Positions 49,847-57,675 of a stretch of DNA of 64,000 nt are shown piece by piece. The stretch's first letter is position 1. Each line of letters opens with the position of its first letter. The position numbers and the translations under genes were made by a program. This DNA is from a virus. The notes under the pieces are model-generated. The model made no database searches. It was given only the letters and a program-made list of their open reading frames with translations, and had not been told where the DNA came from. The DNA lies in IMG/VR virus record IMGVR_UViG_3300045988_159607. One strand, 5' to 3'.

Positions 49847-49991
49847 TGTCTATATCCTCCAGATTTGATTTTGTAATTTCCGCACTATTGAACTGAAAAC
49901 ATTCCGATTTATCCAGATAGGGACATTCGTTTATAAATTTACAGCCTTCACATCTAATAGAAGGCTTATTAACAGACTTTTGTAACTTCAT
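49827..49991 (-). CDS. small Cys-rich protein (54 aa, below track cutoff)
   Basis: Hand translation MKLQKSVNKPSIRCEGCKFINECPYLDKSECFQFNSAEITKSNLEDIDNEETEN*. Overlaps the downstream start by 20 nt. A TAACTTTG box lies upstream at 50023-50030 (minus strand). Confidence 0.4.
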   Translation of the reverse strand: MKLQKSVNKPSIRCEGCKFINECPYLDKSECFQFNSAEITKSNLEDIDNEETEN

Positions 49992-50052
49992 ATTGATAAA
50001 TTTTTAATGTTTTGTTTCTTGGCAAAGTTACAACAAAAGAGATACAAAACAA

Positions 50053-50085
50053 GTCCCTGCCTATACATCACGTACCGGCAGGGAC
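50053..50085 (-). terminator. rho-independent terminator-like hairpin
   Basis: GTCCCTGCC-15 nt-GGCAGGGAC. On the minus strand it is followed by TTGTTTTGTATCTCTTTT. Confidence 0.55.
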
Positions 50086-50176
50086 AACAACTAAACTAAT
50101 TACTAAATAATAACATAAACTAACATTATGACAAACATAAAGTTTTTCTACTCTGTCAAGGTAAAGATAGTTATTC

Positions 50177-50515
50177 TTACCGAACTTCCGGGTAAAATGC
50201 CATTTGTTTTAATTGATACATTTTTAACCTTTCCCCGTTCTCCATTTTATACCCTACATATACCAATTTGTATATGAACTGATAAAAGTTACCCGGCAAG
50301 AACTTTTGCTTTTGAGGTTTTAATATGTTTTTGACAAAATAACCCTTATAGAAAAACCCTTGTATTCTTTCTGAATCACTAAGCAAAAGTGTTTTCACAA
50401 TATCTGTTTTTTTATCCAGATAGAAACAATACTCACATGTACTATACTTCCATGTAGTAAACTTTACTCCGTCTTTAGAAATATAGCGTAAAGTTTTACC
50501 TTTCCTTGTGTCCAT
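50177..50515 (-). CDS. hypothetical protein
   Basis: 112-aa ORF. Confidence 0.5.
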   Translation of the reverse strand: MDTRKGKTLRYISKDGVKFTTWKYSTCEYCFYLDKKTDIVKTLLLSDSERIQGFFYKGYFVKNILKPQKQKFLPGNFYQFIYKLVYVGYKMENGERLKMYQLKQMAFYPEVR

Positions 50516-50520
50516 GTATT

Positions 50521-52773
50521 TTACATTTCTTTTAAAACGCTTTGTAAAATACTTTCTCCGTCAAACTGGCATTCTATCTTTTTCCCATCATCACAAGAAA
50601 CAACGATTTTCCCTATTTCGTCATACAAGACAATGCTTTGTATATTCTTTGCCGTTCCTATATCTCCATTTACGACATACGTCATGGAATTTAAATCAAG
50701 AGAAACAAGTTCTAACATATCGTCTGTGTATTGCATGGTAGGTTTTGTTCCCTTTGCTTTACTTCTTTCCTTGTCATTTAAAGCGCTTTCTTCCCCACTT
50801 TGAGTAGGTGACACTGTTTTACTTTCTTCTTGCTTCAAAACCTTTAGATTAATCATTTCCCTAACTTCGATCTTTTGTCCGTCAACAATACAAACAAGTC
50901 CTAAGCCTGGATCATTTAAGATAAGACCGGTATAAATAGGCGCATCAGCATTGCAAGAAAGATTAAATTCTACGTAATCACCTTCTTTCGGTGTTTCTTT
51001 ATATATTGCGTCCAAGTGATTTTTATAAGTTTTTGACAATGAAGGCTCGATTAAACTCAAGTACGCTTCGCAAATATTTCGGTATTCATGTCTATGTTTT
51101 CCATCGAGAGTAAATATAACAACGCCGTCCTGCTTGATACCAACTTTGTAATACTTGCTCATCTTCCTAATGCAAAATTTATAAAGTTCATCTTCGATCT
51201 TATTTATATTTGCGTTTACAGTTTCCTCTATACTGTTGCCAATTATTTTTACGTCAATATCTTTGCCGACAACGGTACGTATAGTCATTCTATTATTCTC
51301 TGTTTCTAAAAGCACATTGTAATATAGTTCGTTTTTACAAACAGGTTCAAAGCATTCGCCGCAAACGACCCTAAAATTTTTAGTATCCAAATTGTTTTTG
51401 CTTTGGTTATCACAATTGTCCAAAATCGCACTGGTACTGATTGTTTTTATCTTGGTTAGTTTATCTGGTTTACTCTTAACAACACTGTATTTATCAAAAA
51501 ATTTATTGGTATCATATGTGCCCACACAAAAGCATATATCGACTATTTTTGTTCCAAAAGACAATTTTGTTTCGTTAAAATATAAATTACCGTTCCAATC
51601 GTCTAAACATTTTAAAACATCATTAAATCTATAAAAATAATTGCCTGAAAACTCACTACTTTCTTTTAGTTCAAAAGAAAATTCAGAAAATTTGTAATCA
51701 TTATCTATATTGTACGCTTCGTTGCATGTAACAACTTTTATTTCCTTCAATCCTTTGATAACTTGAATCAAAAAATAAGACAAAGCAAGTCTATTGCATG
51801 CTTTTTGTTGTGTTTTAATACAATCTACAAATGATTTCGTATCTTTCAGACAAACGCCCATTTCTTTGTATAGTTTCGGAAAAACGAACTTGTAGTCTAA
51901 AAACTTTTCTTGCTTTTCAAAAGAATAAGACACTATTTTATCTGTAGCTGTATTTTTTACTACAACTTTATACATTTCCTCGCTTTCGGTAACTGTGAAA
52001 TTACAATTTCCCGCACCGATATTTTTAAGCACGTCAAACGGTATTAATATATCTTTAGTTTCGCCCAAAACATTTTTTAGCATTAACTTTTTTGCTTTCA
52101 ATACAAAGCAATTCGTTACGTATATTGTACTATCTGTTAGCGACAAATGTACTGTATTTTCTGTATATCTACCTGCAATGTCCCTTTTCTCTGTTTTTAC
52201 AGATATCAAAGATTTAATATCTTCTTTACTTAACTCTATTTCAAAAGAAGTCGCTTTTTGCCCTTCTTTTACTTTTACTTCTTTGGTAAATTCTAATTTA
52301 TCTTTTGCTCCAGATAGTTTTTTAAACCTTTCCAGATATTCAAACACTTTAATAATGTCAAAGCTACACTTAAAATTTTCTTTTTCAATAGAAACAATGT
52401 TATCCGTTACACGGCAAAGGTAAGATATTGTATATTTTTCAAATGAATTTACTTTAGTGTAATACGGTGATTTTTCCAAAGTTTTTTTATACCTATCTGA
52501 AAAATAAGGGTTAACGCCTGTTAATTTACCTTCTTTTGTTGCTTCTATATTCTTTTCAATAAAAGCATAGATATCTTTTATTGTGTACGTTCCTGGATCA
52601 GCGTTTTTAAAAAGTTCTTGAAAATAGACTTTTGCAATAGCAAACAGTTCTACAAAAATATCCATAAATAAGGTATCTACGTTATTATTAGTCGCTTTCA
52701 TAATCTTGTAATGTTTTAAATTGTTGATAATTAGTTGTTTGTTGTGTGGTTTGTCCAAAATAGGAATGGACAA
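50521..52773 (-). CDS. large hypothetical protein (750 aa)
   Basis: Longest minus-strand ORF. No catalytic motif recognised. Confidence 0.6.
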   Translation of the reverse strand: MSIPILDKPHNKQLIINNLKHYKIMKATNNNVDTLFMDIFVELFAIAKVYFQELFKNADPGTYTIKDIYAFIEKNIEATKEGKLTGVNPYFSDRYKKTLEKSPYYTKVNSFEKYTISYLCRVTDNIVSIEKENFKCSFDIIKVFEYLERFKKLSGAKDKLEFTKEVKVKEGQKATSFEIELSKEDIKSLISVKTEKRDIAGRYTENTVHLSLTDSTIYVTNCFVLKAKKLMLKNVLGETKDILIPFDVLKNIGAGNCNFTVTESEEMYKVVVKNTATDKIVSYSFEKQEKFLDYKFVFPKLYKEMGVCLKDTKSFVDCIKTQQKACNRLALSYFLIQVIKGLKEIKVVTCNEAYNIDNDYKFSEFSFELKESSEFSGNYFYRFNDVLKCLDDWNGNLYFNETKLSFGTKIVDICFCVGTYDTNKFFDKYSVVKSKPDKLTKIKTISTSAILDNCDNQSKNNLDTKNFRVVCGECFEPVCKNELYYNVLLETENNRMTIRTVVGKDIDVKIIGNSIEETVNANINKIEDELYKFCIRKMSKYYKVGIKQDGVVIFTLDGKHRHEYRNICEAYLSLIEPSLSKTYKNHLDAIYKETPKEGDYVEFNLSCNADAPIYTGLILNDPGLGLVCIVDGQKIEVREMINLKVLKQEESKTVSPTQSGEESALNDKERSKAKGTKPTMQYTDDMLELVSLDLNSMTYVVNGDIGTAKNIQSIVLYDEIGKIVVSCDDGKKIECQFDGESILQSVLKEM

Positions 52774-52786
52774 GGTATTTATAACT

Positions 52787-53110
52787 TTATTGTTCCTTCA
52801 TTATATTATTTTTTGTTCTGTAATCACCCGCGTAATCGTGCCAAATTCTATAATCATTTTTATATTGAGTTGATTTACGCTTTATTTTACGGCAAGTTGT
52901 ATCATCGCCACCGCGTTCAATATAGTCTAACTTTTTCTTTAAAACCGCACCAATTAACGGGTAAACGTCTAAATAATTATCCTCTAATTTATCAAACTCA
53001 ATCACTTCATTGCCAATAGCTCTAATTAACGCTTCGTCTAAACACTTTATAATATCGTCTTTTACGTAATTATATCTTTTTATAAAATTATCTTTCTTTT
53101 CCATAACCAT
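52787..53110 (-). CDS. hypothetical protein
   Basis: 107-aa ORF. Confidence 0.5.
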   Translation of the reverse strand: MVMEKKDNFIKRYNYVKDDIIKCLDEALIRAIGNEVIEFDKLEDNYLDVYPLIGAVLKKKLDYIERGGDDTTCRKIKRKSTQYKNDYRIWHDYAGDYRTKNNIMKEQ

Positions 53111-53163
53111 AATATTTTATTTGTTTGTAAAACTTTATTATCTTAATATACAAAACGTTTTGT

Positions 53164-54120
53164 TTAACGCCCTTTATCTTCATTTACTATATCGATATCT
53201 TCAGGCAATACATTTGTACAAATAAATTCGTTGATCAAATCAGAGGGAATCTTTTTATAACAATCCGAATAATTAAAACAAAGTTTGTTGCTATGATCAT
53301 AAAATATTACATTGCTCCAGCTTATACCAAAAGAAACAACCGCTTTCTTTATTTCGTACTCTTTTTGTGCCTTCGCTATTGCTTTATCTCTTTCATCTTC
53401 GATCTCTTTTAGTTCCTTTTGTTTTTGACCTTCTTTTCTTGCTTTGTCCCTTAATTCCTTTTGCGCATTAGAAGCATATCCTAATTGATATAAATTTTCC
53501 AATACTTCACAATCTTCTTTTGAGAGCTGTTTATATACACAATCTTTTCCTTCTATTTTTAGTTTACATTTCCTCCTTTTCTCTATTTCTTGAATAGCTT
53601 CACCGGCTAAATTTCCCCAATTTTCGGCAACACCCAAACGAAAAACCAAATAATAAAATAAATCTTTATTATCTGAAGCGTTACGCAATATCTTAATTGC
53701 TTTCATATCAGAAATATTATACATTTCTGATATTTCCTTGTCTGTTTTGCCTTCATTAATATGGCAACGAATATCATCTATACACGTGGGTTGCCCTAAA
53801 TGGTTGCAAAGATGTAGCTTTTCAAACATAGAAAGTTCAGGTTTGAAATGGCTGATAATGTCACCTATTGCGCCGGAAATGTAATCATAATAACGCCCGT
53901 TGTTCTTTTTTATCTTAATGCTTCCGGTAAACGAAAATGTTAAATGTCCATTTTCACACCCGTCATCTAATTTTATTAGATAATCAAATTCATATCTGCC
54001 AGGATATAAAATTTGATTGCCTATTTTGATATCTTCTCCAAGAAATTTATAAAACAATCCGGAAAAACCGATACAATTTACTAATGATTTGATCTCATTG
54101 CTATTAGTTGTAGTTGTCAT
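53164..54120 (-). CDS. hypothetical protein
   Basis: 318-aa ORF. The central region is charged and coiled-coil-like. Confidence 0.55.
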   Translation of the reverse strand: MTTTTNSNEIKSLVNCIGFSGLFYKFLGEDIKIGNQILYPGRYEFDYLIKLDDGCENGHLTFSFTGSIKIKKNNGRYYDYISGAIGDIISHFKPELSMFEKLHLCNHLGQPTCIDDIRCHINEGKTDKEISEMYNISDMKAIKILRNASDNKDLFYYLVFRLGVAENWGNLAGEAIQEIEKRRKCKLKIEGKDCVYKQLSKEDCEVLENLYQLGYASNAQKELRDKARKEGQKQKELKEIEDERDKAIAKAQKEYEIKKAVVSFGISWSNVIFYDHSNKLCFNYSDCYKKIPSDLINEFICTNVLPEDIDIVNEDKGR

Positions 54121-54186
54121 AATGTTTAATGCGTTTTGTCAAGGTTTGCGCACCTTGTTTAAAAATTAGTTTAGTTAGTTGTTTTA

Positions 54187-54459
54187 TTAATAAGTCAAAA
54201 TTTGCACTTTATAACCGTCATTCCCGGAAAACTGATATATTTCATTTGCTTCTTCTATATATCCGCTCTCCGTTATATCCGGGCACCCTTCTGCTTTCCC
54301 GTCAAAAGAATAAATATTAAGTTCCTCGATAAATTCGGTACAATCTCCCTGCAATAGCGTTAAACCGCTACCACCATTCCCCAAAGTTGCCATAACAACG
54401 GAGTTTCCGTTGTTCAATTCTGTAGCAACAAATTCAATCACTTGTTCTTTCGTTTTCAT
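54187..54459 (-). CDS. hypothetical protein
   Basis: The track ORF extends to 54534 through a repeated promoter. The real start is probably MKTKEQVIEF at 54459. Confidence 0.5.
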   Translation of the reverse strand: MKTKEQVIEFVATELNNGNSVVMATLGNGGSGLTLLQGDCTEFIEELNIYSFDGKAEGCPDITESGYIEEANEIYQFSGNDGYKVQILTY

Positions 54460-54473
54460 ATCCTTAATTATTT

Positions 54474-54559
54474 TAGTTGTTATTATTAGTTCTTTTCTTT
54501 GATACAAATGTAATACTTTATTCTTACATAACAAGAGATTTTGAGTTAAGAAAGGTTAA
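54474..54559 (-). repeat. 86-bp promoter/5'-leader repeat, copy 1
   Basis: Identical to 55818..55903. Contains the TGTAAGAATAAAGTATTACATTTG composite (minus sense). Confidence 0.85.
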
Positions 54560-54724
54560 GTTACTTTTTGGTAGCCCTTCTATACCAATATAAAGCACTC
54601 CCAAGAAAATAGGAAAGGAAAGAATAACATGTATAACGTTGTCGGCTTCTAAAGTCAAAAACATAAGAGCTAAAACAAAAGCCGCCGTAATCATCCGAAT
54701 AATAGAAAAAATTATTGCTTTCAT
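54524..54724 (-). CDS. small two-TM membrane protein
   Basis: 66 aa: IIRMITAAFVLALMFLTL ... VILSFPIFLGVLYIGI. Confidence 0.4.
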   Translation of the reverse strand: MKAIIFSIIRMITAAFVLALMFLTLEADNVIHVILSFPIFLGVLYIGIEGLPKSNLTFLNSKSLVM

Positions 54725-54762
54725 ATATTTGTTACTGTTTATCTGTTTTAATTATTGTATCG

Positions 54763-54969
54763 TTAACACTTATTTTTTACCGTCTTTTTAAAGGAAATAC
54801 CGCGCTTTGTTGCTTCGTAGGGTGTAAATGTAGTTATTTTCCCTTCTTTGTCGTGTCCTGTTATCCTTCTACAATTTGCGCCGTTGTTTCCCTTTACAAA
54901 CTCTTTTGCTTTCTGGAGGGAGGCGAACTTTTCGCCTCCGACACTCCAATAATATACACGCCTTTCCAT
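54763..54969 (-). CDS. hypothetical protein
   Basis: 68-aa ORF, 3 nt after the upstream stop. Confidence 0.4.
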   Translation of the reverse strand: MERRVYYWSVGGEKFASLQKAKEFVKGNNGANCRRITGHDKEGKITTFTPYEATKRGISFKKTVKNKC

Positions 54970-54972
54970 GAT

Positions 54973-55803
54973 TTAAAAATTATATTTTTCTTGCAGATAG
55001 TTTGCAAGGTCGTACAAATCAATTCCAGAACTGTAAAATACCCTTTCAAATTTTTGTAAAGCTCTTTTGCATGCGTTGTAACCTTCTTTCGTTCCTTCGA
55101 ACTCTGCCTGAAAATCTTCAAAGGAATAGCAATCTATTGCTATCTGGCAATCCGAAAGAAACGAATAAAACATTTCGAAAATATCCATTTCCGTTTTATT
55201 CGTTTGTCCGGTTTCGAAATTGCGCAAGCTGTCAAAAAAGTCAAACTTACCACTACTTTTACCGTACTTAAATTTTACAATGTAGTGGTTGTGCGATTCC
55301 GGGTATTTGTCATTCCACTTGCAAACCTTCGTATTCGATAGGGTGCAAGCAAGTTCTATTTTCTTGTCGTTGTAATCCAATACCGCTTTTTTACTATCAC
55401 CGTTGTATATCGTACAAGACTGATCCTCAAATTTTTCGCTTTCCGTTTTTTCGGTCAAACGGTAAATGTTACAATAACCAAGACCAACCACAATTAGGTA
55501 TTTTGTTTCGTACATTTGGAATAAATAACATTTGCTATCCTCAAACCAAATTTCATATGAAATACCGTTATTATCAAAATGTGCCTTTGCATCAATCTGG
55601 TATTCTTTTTCAAAAACACTTTCAGGAAAGGAAAGAGAGGTATCGATACCCTTTCCAAGTTCCGCGTAATCACATTTACATTCTTTGGTAGCTTTTTGCA
55701 AATTTGTACGCTTACCTGTTACAAAACCATTTAAACGATAAATTGCCTTAACGTTGCTTACTAAGTTCTTTACCTGGTTTACTGTTAATTTCTTTACTTC
55801 CAT
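54973..55803 (-). CDS. hypothetical protein
   Basis: The track ORF extends to 55878 through the repeated promoter. The real start is probably MEVKKLTVNQ at 55803. Confidence 0.55.
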   Translation of the reverse strand: MEVKKLTVNQVKNLVSNVKAIYRLNGFVTGKRTNLQKATKECKCDYAELGKGIDTSLSFPESVFEKEYQIDAKAHFDNNGISYEIWFEDSKCYLFQMYETKYLIVVGLGYCNIYRLTEKTESEKFEDQSCTIYNGDSKKAVLDYNDKKIELACTLSNTKVCKWNDKYPESHNHYIVKFKYGKSSGKFDFFDSLRNFETGQTNKTEMDIFEMFYSFLSDCQIAIDCYSFEDFQAEFEGTKEGYNACKRALQKFERVFYSSGIDLYDLANYLQEKYNF

Positions 55804-55817
55804 GATTGTAATTAGTT

Positions 55818-55903
55818 TAGTTGTTATTATTAGTTCTTTTCTTTGATACAAATGTAATACTTTATTCTTACATAACAAGAGATTTTGAGTTAAGAAAGGT
55901 TAA
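55818..55903 (-). repeat. 86-bp promoter/5'-leader repeat, copy 2
   Basis: Identical to 54474..54559. Confidence 0.85.
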
Positions 55904-56605
55904 TATAGTAGGGAAATGTGCATTTTTATAATGATAGTTTGTTACTTAATGTATCGAAATGTGCGAAATGATAGCGCGTTATCGCGCGAATGCAGCACTT
56001 TTCGAAAGAAAAAGTAGTATTACCCTACCAATTAAAAAGACCCCTATAAGAATAGCGAAAAAGTCATTGATACACAAACAATTGAATATCAACAAATTAG
56101 CTAAAAAGTAGGGAAATCTATGCAAGAAAATAGGGAAAAGAATATGCCATAGAATAGGAATAACCATTATTTAGATTTAGTCTAAATAAGAGAAAAGCAA
56201 ACCGGGAACAACTTGTAAATAGGTATAAAGGGCTACAAATGTGTATGTATAGGTAGGGTATGGTTTATAAATGCACATAGAAGGAAAAGGAATGGTAGAT
56301 TTGTATGTTATATGTGTTTTGTGTATATGTATGTACAGAGGTGTGTATATGTGTCCTCGCTACCTCGCACTCTCCTATACTCAAACCTTTCCCCAAACTC
56401 CCCTACTTCTCATCTATTCCCTTTGTTCATGAGGTTTTTGGAGTGTTTTTCAAATTGGTTTTCGTGATATTGTTGACTGCCTTCTTTGTATCTGCACTCT
56501 CTTCTATGGTGGTGTATAATGATTGTTTTTAAAATGGCATCTATTCGCTGCAACGCTCATATACGATGCCATTTTAGGAGCTATAAAACCATTTATAAGC
56601 CTATT

Positions 56606-56639
56606 TTCCTATATATAGTATATATACTATATATAGGAA
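56606..56639. repeat. perfect 34-bp palindrome TTCCTATATATAGTATA|TATACTATATATAGGAA
   Basis: Checked base by base; all 17 pairs are complementary. Confidence 0.95.
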
Positions 56640-56918
56640 CTTTCAATGTATCGTAACTATCTCATACGCTTGTGTGGTGATATGTACCCTGGAGTAGTGC
56701 GTTCCTATGATTTAAATAACTTCTATTTCCTCAAAAACTAATGAAGTCAAATAAGACGATTTAAGGCACTTTCTTTTTGTGGGTGGTAGTGGAGTACCAT
56801 TTTGGCAAGAAAGTGCCAAGAAAACGATAATAGATAGGTTAGGCGGGGTATTTTGTTTATGTAGGGTATCTTTAGGGACTGTTTGAGGACTCTCCATATA
56901 AAGCCTGCGTCTCTAATA

Positions 56919-57050
56919 CCTCACAGGACAAAACTCTTAAATAGACTTCTATAAGGGCGTTTTAAGACAAAATATACATTTATCTCATTGATTTTCTGCT
57001 ATTTACATATACAAAATCTCTAAATAGACCCCTTATAGACGAAAAACATT
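56919..57050. repeat. paralogous unit U1 (stem TCTATAAGGG / CCCTTATAGA enclosing a conserved 72-nt core)
   Basis: Aligns with U2, which lies 168 bp downstream. Stem arms at 56948-56957 and 57030-57039. Confidence 0.7.
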
Positions 57051-57086
57051 CCAAAAATCATCTACATCTGAATCATGTGCCCGACA

Positions 57087-57220
57087 CCTCACAAGAAATG
57101 AACTTAAAATACTATCCATATAGGGTTTCTCAAATTAAAGTACATATTTATCCTATTGATTTTCAACTATTTACATATATACGAAATTTTTAAAATCAGC
57201 TATATGGGGAATTTTCATAT
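57087..57220. repeat. paralogous unit U2 (stem CCATATAG / CTATATGG enclosing a conserved 76-nt core)
   Basis: Stem arms at 57116-57123 and 57200-57207. Shares the core TACAT(A)TTTATC..ATTGATTTTC..CTATTTACATATA with U1. Confidence 0.7.
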
Positions 57221-57655
57221 CAAACACTCCTGGGATTGTGGTAGGATAAAGGTTCTGTTCCTATATATCAGTTCTTTCTTGTCTTTTTGCTTTCTATGAG
57301 GGGGAGGGGTCTTTTGTTTTCCTACATATAGTTTTTCTTTGTTGATTTTTGAGAGTGGGTATATGTGGAAATCTGGTTTTTCTCTCCTATAGGGAAAATT
57401 TTGTGGGGTTGTCCATATCTATTCTTTTTCGGAAGGGGAGTCGGCTAAAGCCGCCTTTTTAACCCCTTCCGAGAGGGAATCGCTGCGCTCAATACATCAA
57501 AACCACCCATTTTTACAATTTGTAAAGTAAATTGCCAAAACAATGACAGTTTGAAAAACCCTCCTATTGGGGCTGGAAACCATTAAATTTTGATAGCAAA
57601 ATCCTATTTTTAATTTACAAAATGATACACTAAAATTACCAAAATCAGTCCAAAA

Positions 57656-57675
57656 TGTAAGAATATATTCTTACA
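57656..57675. promoter_or_regulatory. perfect 20-bp palindrome TGTAAGAATATATTCTTACA (operator-like)
   Basis: Consensus form of the motif found at 35191, 35211, 44168, 54509, 55853 and 57805. Confidence 0.6.

Noticed and set aside
50127-50276. 49-aa plus-strand ORF preceded by the leader-like motif AACAACTAAACTAAT (50089), antisense to 50177..50515.
   Set aside because: It overlaps the 3' end of a longer, better-looking minus-strand gene. Its product is hydrophobic and low-complexity. The motif match may be coincidental or part of the terminator region.
54460-54534. Shared N-terminus MLCKNKVLHLYQRKELIITTK on ORFs 54187..54534 and 54973..55878, which could look like a conserved signal or domain.
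   Set aside because: It is read-through of an identical 86-bp promoter/leader repeat that contains a -7 box. Internal ATGs 14 nt downstream of the repeat are better starts.
55979-56897. Short ORFs inside the island: 55979..56167 (-), 56305..56532 (+) and 56712..56897 (-).
   Set aside because: Their composition is hydrophobic or low-complexity and derives from TG/TA and pyrimidine tracts. They have no promoter-like or leader context resembling the neighbouring genes, and they overlap the structured repeats. Kept as non-coding, at low certainty.
56919-57220. The two 168-bp-spaced units as a CRISPR-like array.
   Set aside because: There are only two copies at roughly 65% identity. The units are about 130 bp with no short identical repeats or spacers, and there are no cas genes.
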